Positions 28,225 through 37,638 of a DNA stretch of 64,000 bases are shown here, piece by piece. Below the pieces are notes generated by a model, which was not told the origin of the DNA, ran no database searches, and saw only the letters and a program-made list of their open reading frames with translations. Source of the DNA: an uncultured Candidatus Saccharibacteria bacterium (lineage in GTDB: Bacteria > Patescibacteriota > Doudnabacteria > UBA920). The position numbers and the translations under genes are program-made. The stretch covers positions 39,964-103,963 of the forward strand of contig CAZYQT010000001.1 in assembly GCA_964650255.1 (NCBI GenBank), in the 5' to 3' direction. The stretch's first letter is position 1. The number at the start of each line of letters is the position of its first letter.

Positions 28225-29835
28225 TTAAATCACTGACAGCAAGCTCCGACCGTTCATCTCTTTAGGTTGCTGAATGTTCAAAAGTTCTAAAATGGTTGGG
28301 GCAATATCTGACACAATCCCCGCCGGAATATTGGCTGAAAGTGATAGATAGTCGCGATTTTTTGGCTCAGCGAAGGCAAATTCCTTAGCTATCAAAATAA
28401 ATGGCACCGGACTTGTGGAGTGTTCTTTATCGATTTCAGCAGTCTTTTTATCGATCATAACTTCAATATTTCCATGGTCTGCCGTAATAATTAGTGCCCC
28501 ACCGACTTCTAGCGTAGCGTCGGATAATTCCTGCAAAAACCGATCCAAGTAATGAACCGCTTTAATTCCTGCTTCTAAATTGCCAGTGTGACCCACCATA
28601 TCGCCATTGGCATAATTAGCCACGTATAAAGAAAAGTCACCAGTCTTGATTTTATCAACCAAGGTTTCCGTTAACTCTTGTCCGGACATTTCTGGATTTG
28701 CGGCGTAGTTGCGATTATTTTGTGGGCTAGAAATAATTTTTCGCTCTTCACCTGGGAACGGTTCGCTTCGACCGCCATTAAAAAATGAGGTAACGTGAGC
28801 ATATTTTTCACTCTCCGCAATATGGAACTGCTTCAATCCTTTTTCAGAAATCACTTCGGCTAAATTGTTCCCTAAGTTAATTGACGGGAAGGCTACGTGC
28901 ACCGGCATGCCAAAAAAATATTCTGTCATGGTTACAAAAAATAAATTTTGTAGCGGCGCGTGCTTTTTTTCAATCCCCATCTTTTCTGGTTGAACAAATG
29001 CCTGCGTTAATTGCAAAGCACGATCGGAACGGTAATTAAAAAATATCACTGCGTCATTATCGGTTATCGTAGCCACTGGATGCATACCACCTTCACCTGG
29101 CTCCCGTTCAATGATAGCAGTCGGCACAATCATTTCGTCGTACACACTCTGGTTGTATGAATTCAAAATTGCATCTTCAGCCGTATCAGCCGCATTACCA
29201 GCACCTGTTGTCATTAGCTGATAAGTCATCTCAGTTTGATCCCAATGCTTTCCCCGATCCATTGCATAAAATCTACCGGTGATTGTGGCAATTTTGCCAA
29301 CTCCAATGTCACGAATTTTTTCTTCTGTTTTTTTGAGAATATCAAAGCCATCCTTTTCACCAGTATCGCGGCCATCAGTAAACATATGAATGAAAACATT
29401 TTGCAGACCTTGTTCAGCAGCCAGACCTAAAAGTGCGTGCAAATGCTCTTCGCTGCTATGCACCCCGCCGCCGCTAACCATACCCATTAAATGAAGCTTG
29501 GAATTATTTTTTTTCACATGCTCACATGCTTGCAAAAAAGCCTCATTACGAAAAAAACTTCGATCTTGAATGGCTCTGTTGATGCGCGGTAAATCCTGAC
29601 CGACAATTCGACCGGCCCCAATATTTAAGTGACCAACTTCAGAATTACCAACTTCGCCCCATGGCAGTCCCACCACTGGACCAGATGCCAACAAAGACAA
29701 TGAAGGATAACGAGCGATTAAGCGGTCCAAGGACTCTGGCCTAGCCAAAGCAATAGCATTCCCATGGCTATATGAAGCCACGCCAAAACCGTCCAAAATT
29801 ACTAAAACTACTTTTTTAAACGGTTGGGTCGGCAT
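28225..29835 (-). CDS. gpmI: 2,3-bisphosphoglycerate-independent phosphoglycerate mutase
   Basis: ILDGFG, GNSEVGH, DMVGHTG, ADHGN. Confidence 0.96.
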   Translation of the reverse strand: MPTQPFKKVVLVILDGFGVASYSHGNAIALARPESLDRLIARYPSLSLLASGPVVGLPWGEVGNSEVGHLNIGAGRIVGQDLPRINRAIQDRSFFRNEAFLQACEHVKKNNSKLHLMGMVSGGGVHSSEEHLHALLGLAAEQGLQNVFIHMFTDGRDTGEKDGFDILKKTEEKIRDIGVGKIATITGRFYAMDRGKHWDQTEMTYQLMTTGAGNAADTAEDAILNSYNQSVYDEMIVPTAIIEREPGEGGMHPVATITDNDAVIFFNYRSDRALQLTQAFVQPEKMGIEKKHAPLQNLFFVTMTEYFFGMPVHVAFPSINLGNNLAEVISEKGLKQFHIAESEKYAHVTSFFNGGRSEPFPGEERKIISSPQNNRNYAANPEMSGQELTETLVDKIKTGDFSLYVANYANGDMVGHTGNLEAGIKAVHYLDRFLQELSDATLEVGGALIITADHGNIEVMIDKKTAEIDKEHSTSPVPFILIAKEFAFAEPKNRDYLSLSANIPAGIVSDIAPTILELLNIQQPKEMNGRSLLSVI

Positions 29836-29837
29836 CT

Positions 29838-31094
29838 TTATTTAGTTTTTAATTCTTCCTCAATACTTAGCAGGCGGTTATATTTGGCCAAACGCTCCCC
29901 CCGCGCCAAACTCCCAGCCTTAATAAATTCGGCTCCAACCGCCACCGCTAAATCTGCAATAAAGTCATCGCTAGTTTCGCCGCTACGGTGAGATATCACT
30001 ACGCTGTAGTGATACTTTTGCGCCAACTTTACTGCGGCCATGGTTTCGGTCAAAGTCCCAATTTGGTTCAACTTAATTAATACTGCGTTAGCAATCCCGG
30101 AAATAATACCCGCTTCGATACGCTGTGTGTTCGTAACAAATAAGTCATCGCCAACTAGAGTTACAGAGTGACCAAGTATGGTGGTAAGTTTTTGCCATCC
30201 TTGAAAATCATCTTCAGCACAACCATCTTCAATCATTTCCAGACCAAAAGTGTTATGCCAACTTTGATACAATTTATACATACTCGCTGGCTTGTAATGC
30301 TTTCGGTCTGCTCTTAAACTATAAATTTCTTTATCTGCATCAAAAAATTCGCTAGCAGCGGCATCAATACCCAAAGCAAAATCCTTGCCCAATTTAAAGT
30401 TCGCCTGTTTAACAGAATCGGCTAGCAAGCGCAGTGCCTTTTTGTTAGATCCCAAGTGAGGAGCGAAACCGCCTTCATCACCCAAACCCACACTTAATCC
30501 CTTCTTTACCAAAGTGGCTTTAATTTGTTTAATTACCGCGTGTGACCGACTTAACTTATCTGCGAACGATCCTTTCAAAGGAATAAGAAAAAATTCTTGG
30601 ATATCTAATCCTGAGTCGGCATGCACTCCTCCATTGATCACATTAAGTAACGGCGTAGGTAAACTCAAATTTTTAAAACGGTAGTGCTCAGCGAGAAATT
30701 TATACAAAGGCTTTCTAGAAAGCACTGCGGCCAACCGTGCAGAAGCTAGAGAGACTGACAAAATTGCATTCGCTCCAAGCTTGGATTTATTGGCTGTACC
30801 ATCAGCTGCAATCATTAAACGGTCAATCTCAGAGAGATTAGCCAGAGATTTTCCTTTCAATAGTTTAAAAATTTTGGTGTTAACATTTGCGCAAGCTTTT
30901 TTAACACCCAACCCACTAAACCTTTTTTTATCTCCATCGCGCAATTCCAAAGCCTCATGACTGCCCGTTGATGCCCCACTCGGCACACTGGCAATTGCAA
31001 AAGCATCCCCTGACCAAACCGTAGTTTCGATCGTGGGATTGCCTCGACTGTCTAATATTTCGCGTGCGCGAATTTTTGTAATAGTTGGTTTCAT
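29838..31094 (-). CDS. eno: Enolase
   Basis: DSRGNPT, VPSGASTG, SHRSGET, KYNRL. Confidence 0.97.
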   Translation of the reverse strand: MKPTITKIRAREILDSRGNPTIETTVWSGDAFAIASVPSGASTGSHEALELRDGDKKRFSGLGVKKACANVNTKIFKLLKGKSLANLSEIDRLMIAADGTANKSKLGANAILSVSLASARLAAVLSRKPLYKFLAEHYRFKNLSLPTPLLNVINGGVHADSGLDIQEFFLIPLKGSFADKLSRSHAVIKQIKATLVKKGLSVGLGDEGGFAPHLGSNKKALRLLADSVKQANFKLGKDFALGIDAAASEFFDADKEIYSLRADRKHYKPASMYKLYQSWHNTFGLEMIEDGCAEDDFQGWQKLTTILGHSVTLVGDDLFVTNTQRIEAGIISGIANAVLIKLNQIGTLTETMAAVKLAQKYHYSVVISHRSGETSDDFIADLAVAVGAEFIKAGSLARGERLAKYNRLLSIEEELKTK

Positions 31095-31285
31095 TTTTAT
31101 TTCAGGTCAGTCAGTTACTATAAAGGTACAAAAGATAATGTTCGCTGGCGTCTGGCGATTGCAAGAAATCTGCATTCTGGTTCGGGGATTTTTTGCGAAA
31201 GCCAGCCCGCGCATTATCTTTTTTATTTGTTGAATTTTATTTCAGTTAGTTTCTGTCGAAGTCAATTTATTATACCACAAAATAA

Positions 31286-31307
31286 GGTCGTGACCCAAGT
31301 CACGACC
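31286..31307 (-). terminator. Hairpin after pgk
   Basis: GGTCGTGAC-CCAA-GTCACGACC, perfect 9-bp stem. Confidence 0.6.
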
Positions 31308-31318
31308 CTAAATCAATA

Positions 31319-32548
31319 TCATTTTAATAAGGCTTTCAACCCTGGCAGCTCATTACCAGCTAAATATTCCAGCATTGCCCCGCCACCAGTGGAAACATGG
31401 TCAATATTTTCTAACTGATGGGCTTGCCGAATCGCGGCCACGGTTTCCCCACCACCAGCTGCACCGAACGCAGTTCTTGTACTCACACTCCCAACCACGC
31501 GTGCTAAAGCCATGGTCCCTGCCCGGAAAGGTTTCTTTTCAAAATACCCCAATGGCCCATTCCAACAAATTGTTTTCGCTGATTTTAAAATTTTTGAGTA
31601 CTCTAGAATAGCCTTTGGTCCAATATCATAAATCTTTTCTGAATTCTTAATTTCATAGGCGTTTTTTACAATCGCGGTCTCTTTAGGATTTTTGGTATCA
31701 AACACAGCTACATCACGCGGAAGCACTATCTTGTCTTTGAAGTTTTTTAATAACGTCCATGCAAGCTGAATACTTTCCTTCTCAATAACCGATTCGCCAA
31801 TGTTATAACCTTGAGCTGATAAAAAAATGTTTGCCAACCCACCACCAAGCAAAATTTTATCAGCTTGCTTGCCAAGCCTTTCCAATGTTTTCGCTTTATC
31901 AGAGATTTTAATCCCGCCCATCATTAAAACAAACGGTGCTTTAGATTTAGTCGTAATATAATCCAAATTTTTGATTTCTTTTTCCAACTGTGGCCCGACA
32001 AATGATGGCAACAACTTTGTGATCGCAACAACCGATGCCGCTTGGCGATGCGTGACTGCGAAAGCATCATCAACATAAACTTCACCAAGCGAAGCTAGAA
32101 GCTTTGCAAACTCCGGATTATTTTCTTCTTCACCAGGATAAAATCGTAAATTTTCAAGCAATACGATATCTTTGGCTTGCATTGCTTTAACTGCATTTTT
32201 AACTCCTGCTTTTTTAATATCCCCTCTCACAAAAACTAAATGCTCTACTGGGTAATCAACTACCTTGTCTTCGGTCTCTACGAACTTTACATCGAGTAGC
32301 TCAGACAAGCGTCGCGCCATAGGTAGCAGCGACATAGCATCATTCCATTTCCCTTCTGGTCGTCCTGCATGGGATAAAATAATCACCTTGGCATTGTGCT
32401 GTCTTAAAAATTTAATAGTTGGTACAGCACAAACTAACCGAAAATCATCAATAATTTTGCCGGTCTCATCGACTTCCTCGTTTAGATCAACTCTCAATAA
32501 AACAGTCTTGTCTTGTATATCTGCTGATTTTAGGTAATTATATGGCAT
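31319..32548 (-). CDS. pgk: Phosphoglycerate kinase
   Basis: RVDLN, SHAGRP, LENLRF, STGGGA. Confidence 0.96.
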   Translation of the reverse strand: MPYNYLKSADIQDKTVLLRVDLNEEVDETGKIIDDFRLVCAVPTIKFLRQHNAKVIILSHAGRPEGKWNDAMSLLPMARRLSELLDVKFVETEDKVVDYPVEHLVFVRGDIKKAGVKNAVKAMQAKDIVLLENLRFYPGEEENNPEFAKLLASLGEVYVDDAFAVTHRQAASVVAITKLLPSFVGPQLEKEIKNLDYITTKSKAPFVLMMGGIKISDKAKTLERLGKQADKILLGGGLANIFLSAQGYNIGESVIEKESIQLAWTLLKNFKDKIVLPRDVAVFDTKNPKETAIVKNAYEIKNSEKIYDIGPKAILEYSKILKSAKTICWNGPLGYFEKKPFRAGTMALARVVGSVSTRTAFGAAGGGETVAAIRQAHQLENIDHVSTGGGAMLEYLAGNELPGLKALLK

Positions 32549-32622
32549 TTTTTAATGTTTTCACTTGACTTTATTTTTATTTTATGGTTAAATATAATTA
32601 AATCTACGGAGGTCAGCTAACT

Positions 32623-32856
32623 ATGATTTTAGAAAGCGCGCAAAACGCGCATAAAGTTTTGAAACCGCAAGTAAAACGAGCAAAATCCACTTGGGTTTTT
32701 AGCACCCTACTGATCTTGGCATTGGTTTGTACTCTTGCAACAGCATGCTTGAGTTTCACAGAGCACGGAGATCTGTGTACTTTGAGTCTAATGTTTACAG
32801 GCCTTAGCTGGGCTACTGTTCTAGCATACGTTTTTCCAAACTCCAAAGCAGATTAA
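32623..32856 (+). CDS. Small membrane protein
   Basis: GGAGG RBS, two TMs. Confidence 0.5.
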   Translation: MILESAQNAHKVLKPQVKRAKSTWVFSTLLILALVCTLATACLSFTEHGDLCTLSLMFTGLSWATVLAYVFPNSKAD

Positions 32857-32858
32857 TT

Positions 32859-33095
32859 ATGGACAGTCACTTACTGCACGGCCATGACGATGAGGGTGGT
32901 TATGGCCATGAAGGCTCTAAAAACGTTTCAAACCCGAATGCGATACGCAATCTCGTAATCGGTCTCATCCTCGCAACGATCATTGTTGTAATTATTGCAA
33001 CAGTGTTCATTTACTGGCAGTTGACGCCGGCTTCACCACCCCCTAGTCAATTGCCTTTTTATTTTGCTTTTTTACATAATACTCCGACCGACTAA
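32859..33095 (+). CDS. Small membrane protein
   Basis: His/Gly-rich N-terminus and one TM; follows the previous ORF by 2 bp. Confidence 0.5.
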   Translation: MDSHLLHGHDDEGGYGHEGSKNVSNPNAIRNLVIGLILATIIVVIIATVFIYWQLTPASPPPSQLPFYFAFLHNTPTD

Positions 33096-34109
33096 TACTG
33101 CTTGCTCAATTAGCCGATTCGAGTAACCAAACTCGTTATCATACCAAGCCACCACTTTAATAAAGTCGCCGTCAATGACTTGAGTAAGAGAAAGGTCAAC
33201 TATACACGAAGCAGGATTACCAACTATATCGGAGGATACTAACGGCTCATTACTAACCACCAATTTACCTTTGTATAAAGGATTATTGCTGGCTTCAATA
33301 AATGCCTGGTTAACTTCTTCAATTGTGGTTTTATTTTTCAGCAACACTGCGAAGTCACACAAACTACCAACTGGTGTTGGCACACGAAACGCAATCCCAT
33401 TAAACAAACCTTTTAATTCTGGCAAAACTTGAGTAGCTGAAATTGCGGCCCCTGTTGATGTAGGGATAATGTTCACAGCCGCAGCGCGGGCGCGGCGCAT
33501 GTCATTACTTTTCCCACCAGGCGGCGGGCCATCAACTAAATTTTGCTCTGCGGTATAACTGTGAATTGTTGACATCATTATTTTCTGAATGCCAAACTTG
33601 GCCAAGAGTACAGCTGTCACTGGAGTAATACAATTCGTAGTACAAGATGCGTTACTAATAATTGCCTGGTCTGTATACTGGTCTTCATTTGCTCCAAGCA
33701 CAATTGTTGGGGTAATCCCCTCATCTTTAGCAGGGGCAGAAATAATTACACGTTTTGCACCAGCTTGTAAATGCGCTCCGGCTTTTTCGCTGTCAGTAAA
33801 ACGACCAGTGCTTTCAATTACGACCTCTGCGCCAAGCTTGCCCCATGGTAAAGCAGAAGGTTCCTTTTCCGCAGACACCGGATACTTTTTGCCGTCAACA
33901 ATAATGTTGGTTTCATCAAAAGAAATATCGTGGCCAAACTGGCCATAATTACTGTCGTACTTTAATAGATGAGCCAGCACCTCTGGACTGGTTAAATCAT
34001 TAATCCCAACAACGTCAACTTCAGGCATACCCAAAGCTAACTTAAAAGCCTGGCGGCCAATGCGACCAAACCCATTAATCCCAACCTTCACAATTTTATT
34101 TGAAGTCAT
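33072..34109 (-). CDS. gap: Glyceraldehyde-3-phosphate dehydrogenase type I
   Basis: GINGFGRIGR, SNASCTTNC, WYDNEFGY. Confidence 0.97.
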   Translation of the reverse strand: MTSNKIVKVGINGFGRIGRQAFKLALGMPEVDVVGINDLTSPEVLAHLLKYDSNYGQFGHDISFDETNIIVDGKKYPVSAEKEPSALPWGKLGAEVVIESTGRFTDSEKAGAHLQAGAKRVIISAPAKDEGITPTIVLGANEDQYTDQAIISNASCTTNCITPVTAVLLAKFGIQKIMMSTIHSYTAEQNLVDGPPPGGKSNDMRRARAAAVNIIPTSTGAAISATQVLPELKGLFNGIAFRVPTPVGSLCDFAVLLKNKTTIEEVNQAFIEASNNPLYKGKLVVSNEPLVSSDIVGNPASCIVDLSLTQVIDGDFIKVVAWYDNEFGYSNRLIEQAVLVGRSIM

Positions 34110-34153
34110 ACTATTTTGTTTTAGTTTCTATTTAGAAAAATTTTATTACAACT

Positions 34154-34390
34154 TTACCTTACGCTAGGCGAAGATTCCTGCACCTCAAGTTGAAAATTAC
34201 TCGAGCGCATATCATGATTTTTACCTGCAGAAGCTTGTTTTTTTGGCGAATAATCAATGTACTCAGCAGTTTGCAATGCTGTTGCGCGCCAATAAAGCAC
34301 AGAGCCCATAGCAATAATTCCCCCAAAAATCAGGAGAAGTACGCGTAGTTGTGGATTTTTAGCCTTAAGGCCAGTTCCTTCTATTCCCAT
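34154..34390 (-). CDS. Small membrane protein
   Basis: One TM; in operon orientation. Confidence 0.5.
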   Translation of the reverse strand: MGIEGTGLKAKNPQLRVLLLIFGGIIAMGSVLYWRATALQTAEYIDYSPKKQASAGKNHDMRSSNFQLEVQESSPSVR

Positions 34391-34408
34391 ACTATTATTA
34401 TACTATAC

Positions 34409-35287
34409 TTATAGAATATTTTGCGTTTTAAATGCCTTTAATTTTTTAATTGCTGCGTTTTTAACGCCCTCTATGGCAGGATGCAGATATTTGCGTGGGT
34501 CAACCTCATCTGGATGCGAAGCCAGGAAAACCCGCAACTCTTTAGTGAAACTTACCCGCAACTCTGTGTCGATGTTGATAATGGCAATACCAGCAGCAAT
34601 GGCTTCGGCAATGGTATTGTCTGGCACCCCACTGGCGCCATGTAGCACCATAGGGATATTAACCAAGTCGTGAATCTTTTTGATGCGTGGAACATCGACA
34701 TGGGCAGTAACCTTACCGCTCATTTTAATGATGCCATGAATCGTGCCAACAGATGCTGCTAAAACATTGATACCAGTGGCATCAAAAAAGTTTTTCGCTT
34801 CTTCCGGGTCTGTGAGCAAAGTTTCCGCTTCACTTACCGAAACCCAATCTTCGCTACCGCGCATTCGGCCAATCTCCCCTTGAACCCAAGCGCCGTGCTC
34901 CTTTGCAAATTCAACCATCGCTTTGGTGTCACGAATGTTTTCATCAACAGAAAGACCAGAGTGGTCTATCATTACAGATGAATAACCCAACTCTATCCCG
35001 CGTTTCAGCTGATCCATATCTTTACCATGATCCATGTGCAGAGCAATGGGTACTGTTGCTTTTTTAGCCATAGTAGCCATGATCTCGAAGAGAGTTTCTA
35101 GCCCTGCGTACTTAATGGCGCCTTCGCTGGTCTCTAAAATGACTGGCACCTGTAACTCTTCTGCAGCCGCAATAATTCCTAAAGTGGTCTCTAGGTTCAT
35201 TGTATTAAAAGCCGGGTAAGCAAACTTGCCAACTACTGCGCTACCTGTAGGATCGTTTTTGAAAAGTTCTTTAATGTGTACTAACAT
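34409..35287 (-). CDS. fba: Class II fructose-bisphosphate aldolase
   Basis: LHMDHG, SSVMID, GTIHG, VLHGASG. Confidence 0.93.
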   Translation of the reverse strand: MLVHIKELFKNDPTGSAVVGKFAYPAFNTMNLETTLGIIAAAEELQVPVILETSEGAIKYAGLETLFEIMATMAKKATVPIALHMDHGKDMDQLKRGIELGYSSVMIDHSGLSVDENIRDTKAMVEFAKEHGAWVQGEIGRMRGSEDWVSVSEAETLLTDPEEAKNFFDATGINVLAASVGTIHGIIKMSGKVTAHVDVPRIKKIHDLVNIPMVLHGASGVPDNTIAEAIAAGIAIINIDTELRVSFTKELRVFLASHPDEVDPRKYLHPAIEGVKNAAIKKLKAFKTQNIL

Positions 35288-36354
35288 TAGTCTTTCTTCT
35301 TGCCAACCAATGCGGCGACTTTGGATTTAGTCCGTTCATCCACCATTGCAATCGGCTTAAATGATTTCATTTTTTTCAATCGAGCCTCCACCTCTTTCCG
35401 AGTTAACAGCCCTTCAATTGGACCAATATGCATAACCACACTTCCGGCGTTCACAGGACCCCATCGCAACGCTTCGCTATGCGGCATGCCGCAAGCCAAA
35501 GCTGCTATGTAAGCCGTGGTAAAACTGTCCCCTGCTCCAGTTGCTTCAATACGAGGCCCAGGAAATTCTGGAATGTAGAAATAACCTTCATCGCTGTAGC
35601 TGTAAGCTCCTTTGCGACCATCGGTGAGCGCAACTGCTTTGGGGCCGAGCTTTCGTAAGCGCTTGCAGAGCTCTTCCGGATCCTCAACATTACCAACCCA
35701 GCTTTGAGCTTCTTCTTTATTTAAAGACAACAGTGAGGTCCGCTCCAGCATCAGTTTGTTAAACTTTGGGCCCTTGCGAAGCTGAAAAGTGCCTGGATTG
35801 AAGCCTAAATTCGCTTTCGTTGCATCTAAATATTTTGCCAAGTCTTTATAAATCGCTTCGAAGCCGGCGCCCATACTGGTCAAGTACACCCACTTACTTG
35901 GTGCCAATTTCGGCAATTTGTATTTGCGATGCTCGTGATATACGAAAATAGTCCTCTCGCCTTTATAATTTAAAACTGTTGATGCATTAGTAGAATGTTT
36001 GTCATCAATTACAATATAATCTTGATGGACTTTTTCCTTTTGCATGCGATGCACGATTTCCCGACCACCAGCATCATGAGCAACTACAATATACAACGCA
36101 GTATCTAAGCCTAACCGACTGGAACCAATGGCGTTGTTAGCAGCATTACCAGCCACGCTGCGATTAAATTTATCAACAGGAAGTTTATCACCCCAATTAA
36201 TTATCGCCTTCTTCTGACCCTTAATTTTTTTAATCTCAATGTCGTGAATTTCCAAAAAAGTATCAATGGTGGGGTCACCAATTGAGATCATGTCGAACTT
36301 ATACTTTATTTTGCCAGATGCCTTCTTGGCTGTTTTTTTTGCTGCTTTCTTCAT
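35287..36354 (-). CDS. PfkB-family carbohydrate kinase
   Basis: AGNAANNA, NKEEA, ATGAGDSF. Confidence 0.92.
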   Translation of the reverse strand: MKKAAKKTAKKASGKIKYKFDMISIGDPTIDTFLEIHDIEIKKIKGQKKAIINWGDKLPVDKFNRSVAGNAANNAIGSSRLGLDTALYIVVAHDAGGREIVHRMQKEKVHQDYIVIDDKHSTNASTVLNYKGERTIFVYHEHRKYKLPKLAPSKWVYLTSMGAGFEAIYKDLAKYLDATKANLGFNPGTFQLRKGPKFNKLMLERTSLLSLNKEEAQSWVGNVEDPEELCKRLRKLGPKAVALTDGRKGAYSYSDEGYFYIPEFPGPRIEATGAGDSFTTAYIAALACGMPHSEALRWGPVNAGSVVMHIGPIEGLLTRKEVEARLKKMKSFKPIAMVDERTKSKVAALVGKKKD

Positions 36355-37343
36355 TGAGCTTGTTTCCTTGTTAATACTTTTTTAATTGCTTGCTTAATTG
36401 ATTCTTTATCCATGCCAAATTTTCTAATCAGTTCTTCTGGCTGGCCACTTTCTCCAAATGTATCTGGCATACCGACCATTTCAATCGGGACGGGATATCT
36501 TTGCGCGAGCACTTCGGCCACTGCACTACCAGCGCCGCCCATAATTTGATGCTCCTCAATCGTAACCACAGCCTTAGTTAACTTTGCGGCCCAGACGATT
36601 GTTTCTGCATCAATCGGCTTTATGGTGTGATTATTTATCACTAAAACATTAATGCCTTCTTTCTCGAGCTCTAAGGCAGCCATAAGTCCATTATACAAAA
36701 TTGGACCACTGCCAATAACCGCGACATCCGAACCCTCCTTCATGACAATGGCTTTACCAATTGTAAATGGAGTTTCTTCTGTGGTCATAACCGGAGTTTT
36801 CTCTCTGCCCAGACGGAAATAAGCAGGCCCAGCAGTTGTGCCTAAAGCAACGGTAGTTCGACGCGCTTCAATTGCATCGCACGGAACAACCACAGTCATG
36901 TTTGGCACAGTTCTTACAATAGCGATATCCTCTAAGGCCTGATGAGTCGCTCCATCTGGCCCAACAGACAATCCAGTATGCGAACCCGCAATCTTTACGT
37001 TGGTTTTGGAATAAGCGACAGACACGCGCATTTGGTCCCAGCTTCGTCCAGGACTAAAGGTCGCGTAACTAGCCACAAAAGCGGTTTTGCCGGCCAAGGC
37101 TAGACCTGCGGCAACGCCCATCATGTTTTGTTCGGCCACACCGCATTCAATAAATCGCTCTGGATATTTTTTAGCAAATTCTAACACCCGAGTGCTTTCA
37201 GCTAAATCGCCAGTTAGGGCAACTACATCTTTATGATGCCCGCCCAACTCTAACAAACCTTCACCAAAACCATTGCGGCTCGGTACTTGCTCAATATCTG
37301 GCAGCCCTATTTTGGGATTAAGTTTTGCTTGTTGGTTTAGCAT
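36351..37343 (-). CDS. Transketolase, C-terminal subunit
   Basis: GVAEQNM, GPDGATHQ, TIEEH. Confidence 0.94.
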   Translation of the reverse strand: MLNQQAKLNPKIGLPDIEQVPSRNGFGEGLLELGGHHKDVVALTGDLAESTRVLEFAKKYPERFIECGVAEQNMMGVAAGLALAGKTAFVASYATFSPGRSWDQMRVSVAYSKTNVKIAGSHTGLSVGPDGATHQALEDIAIVRTVPNMTVVVPCDAIEARRTTVALGTTAGPAYFRLGREKTPVMTTEETPFTIGKAIVMKEGSDVAVIGSGPILYNGLMAALELEKEGINVLVINNHTIKPIDAETIVWAAKLTKAVVTIEEHQIMGGAGSAVAEVLAQRYPVPIEMVGMPDTFGESGQPEELIRKFGMDKESIKQAIKKVLTRKQAQ

Positions 37344-37638
37344 TAGTTGTTACATTTTTATTTCGGATAAAATTGATGATAGTTAAAGCTACAAAAATAA
37401 CGAACCAGATCCCTGAAATCACCAAAGAGAAAGAATAAATTGCCATATACACAACTGTGGCTTTATCTGGTGCTGGCGAGAATTGAACTCTATCTGAAAA
37501 TAATCCGCCGCCGCCTAAATACTGGCGCTGGGGCGAAATACCTTGGTTATGGAGTCTCAACAATAAATAGAATACCACTGCTATCGCAAAAAACCCTAGT
37601 GCTAAGTAAAGATATTTTTTTGTTTTAATTGGATTCAT
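37318..37638 (-). CDS. Small membrane protein
   Basis: Two TMs. Confidence 0.6.
   Translation of the reverse strand: MNPIKTKKYLYLALGFFAIAVVFYLLLRLHNQGISPQRQYLGGGGLFSDRVQFSPAPDKATVVYMAIYSFSLVISGIWFVIFVALTIINFIRNKNVTTNAKPTSKT

Noticed and set aside
31319-32548. YVDD motif suggesting a reverse transcriptase
   Set aside because: It lies within phosphoglycerate kinase (VYVDDAF) and is coincidental
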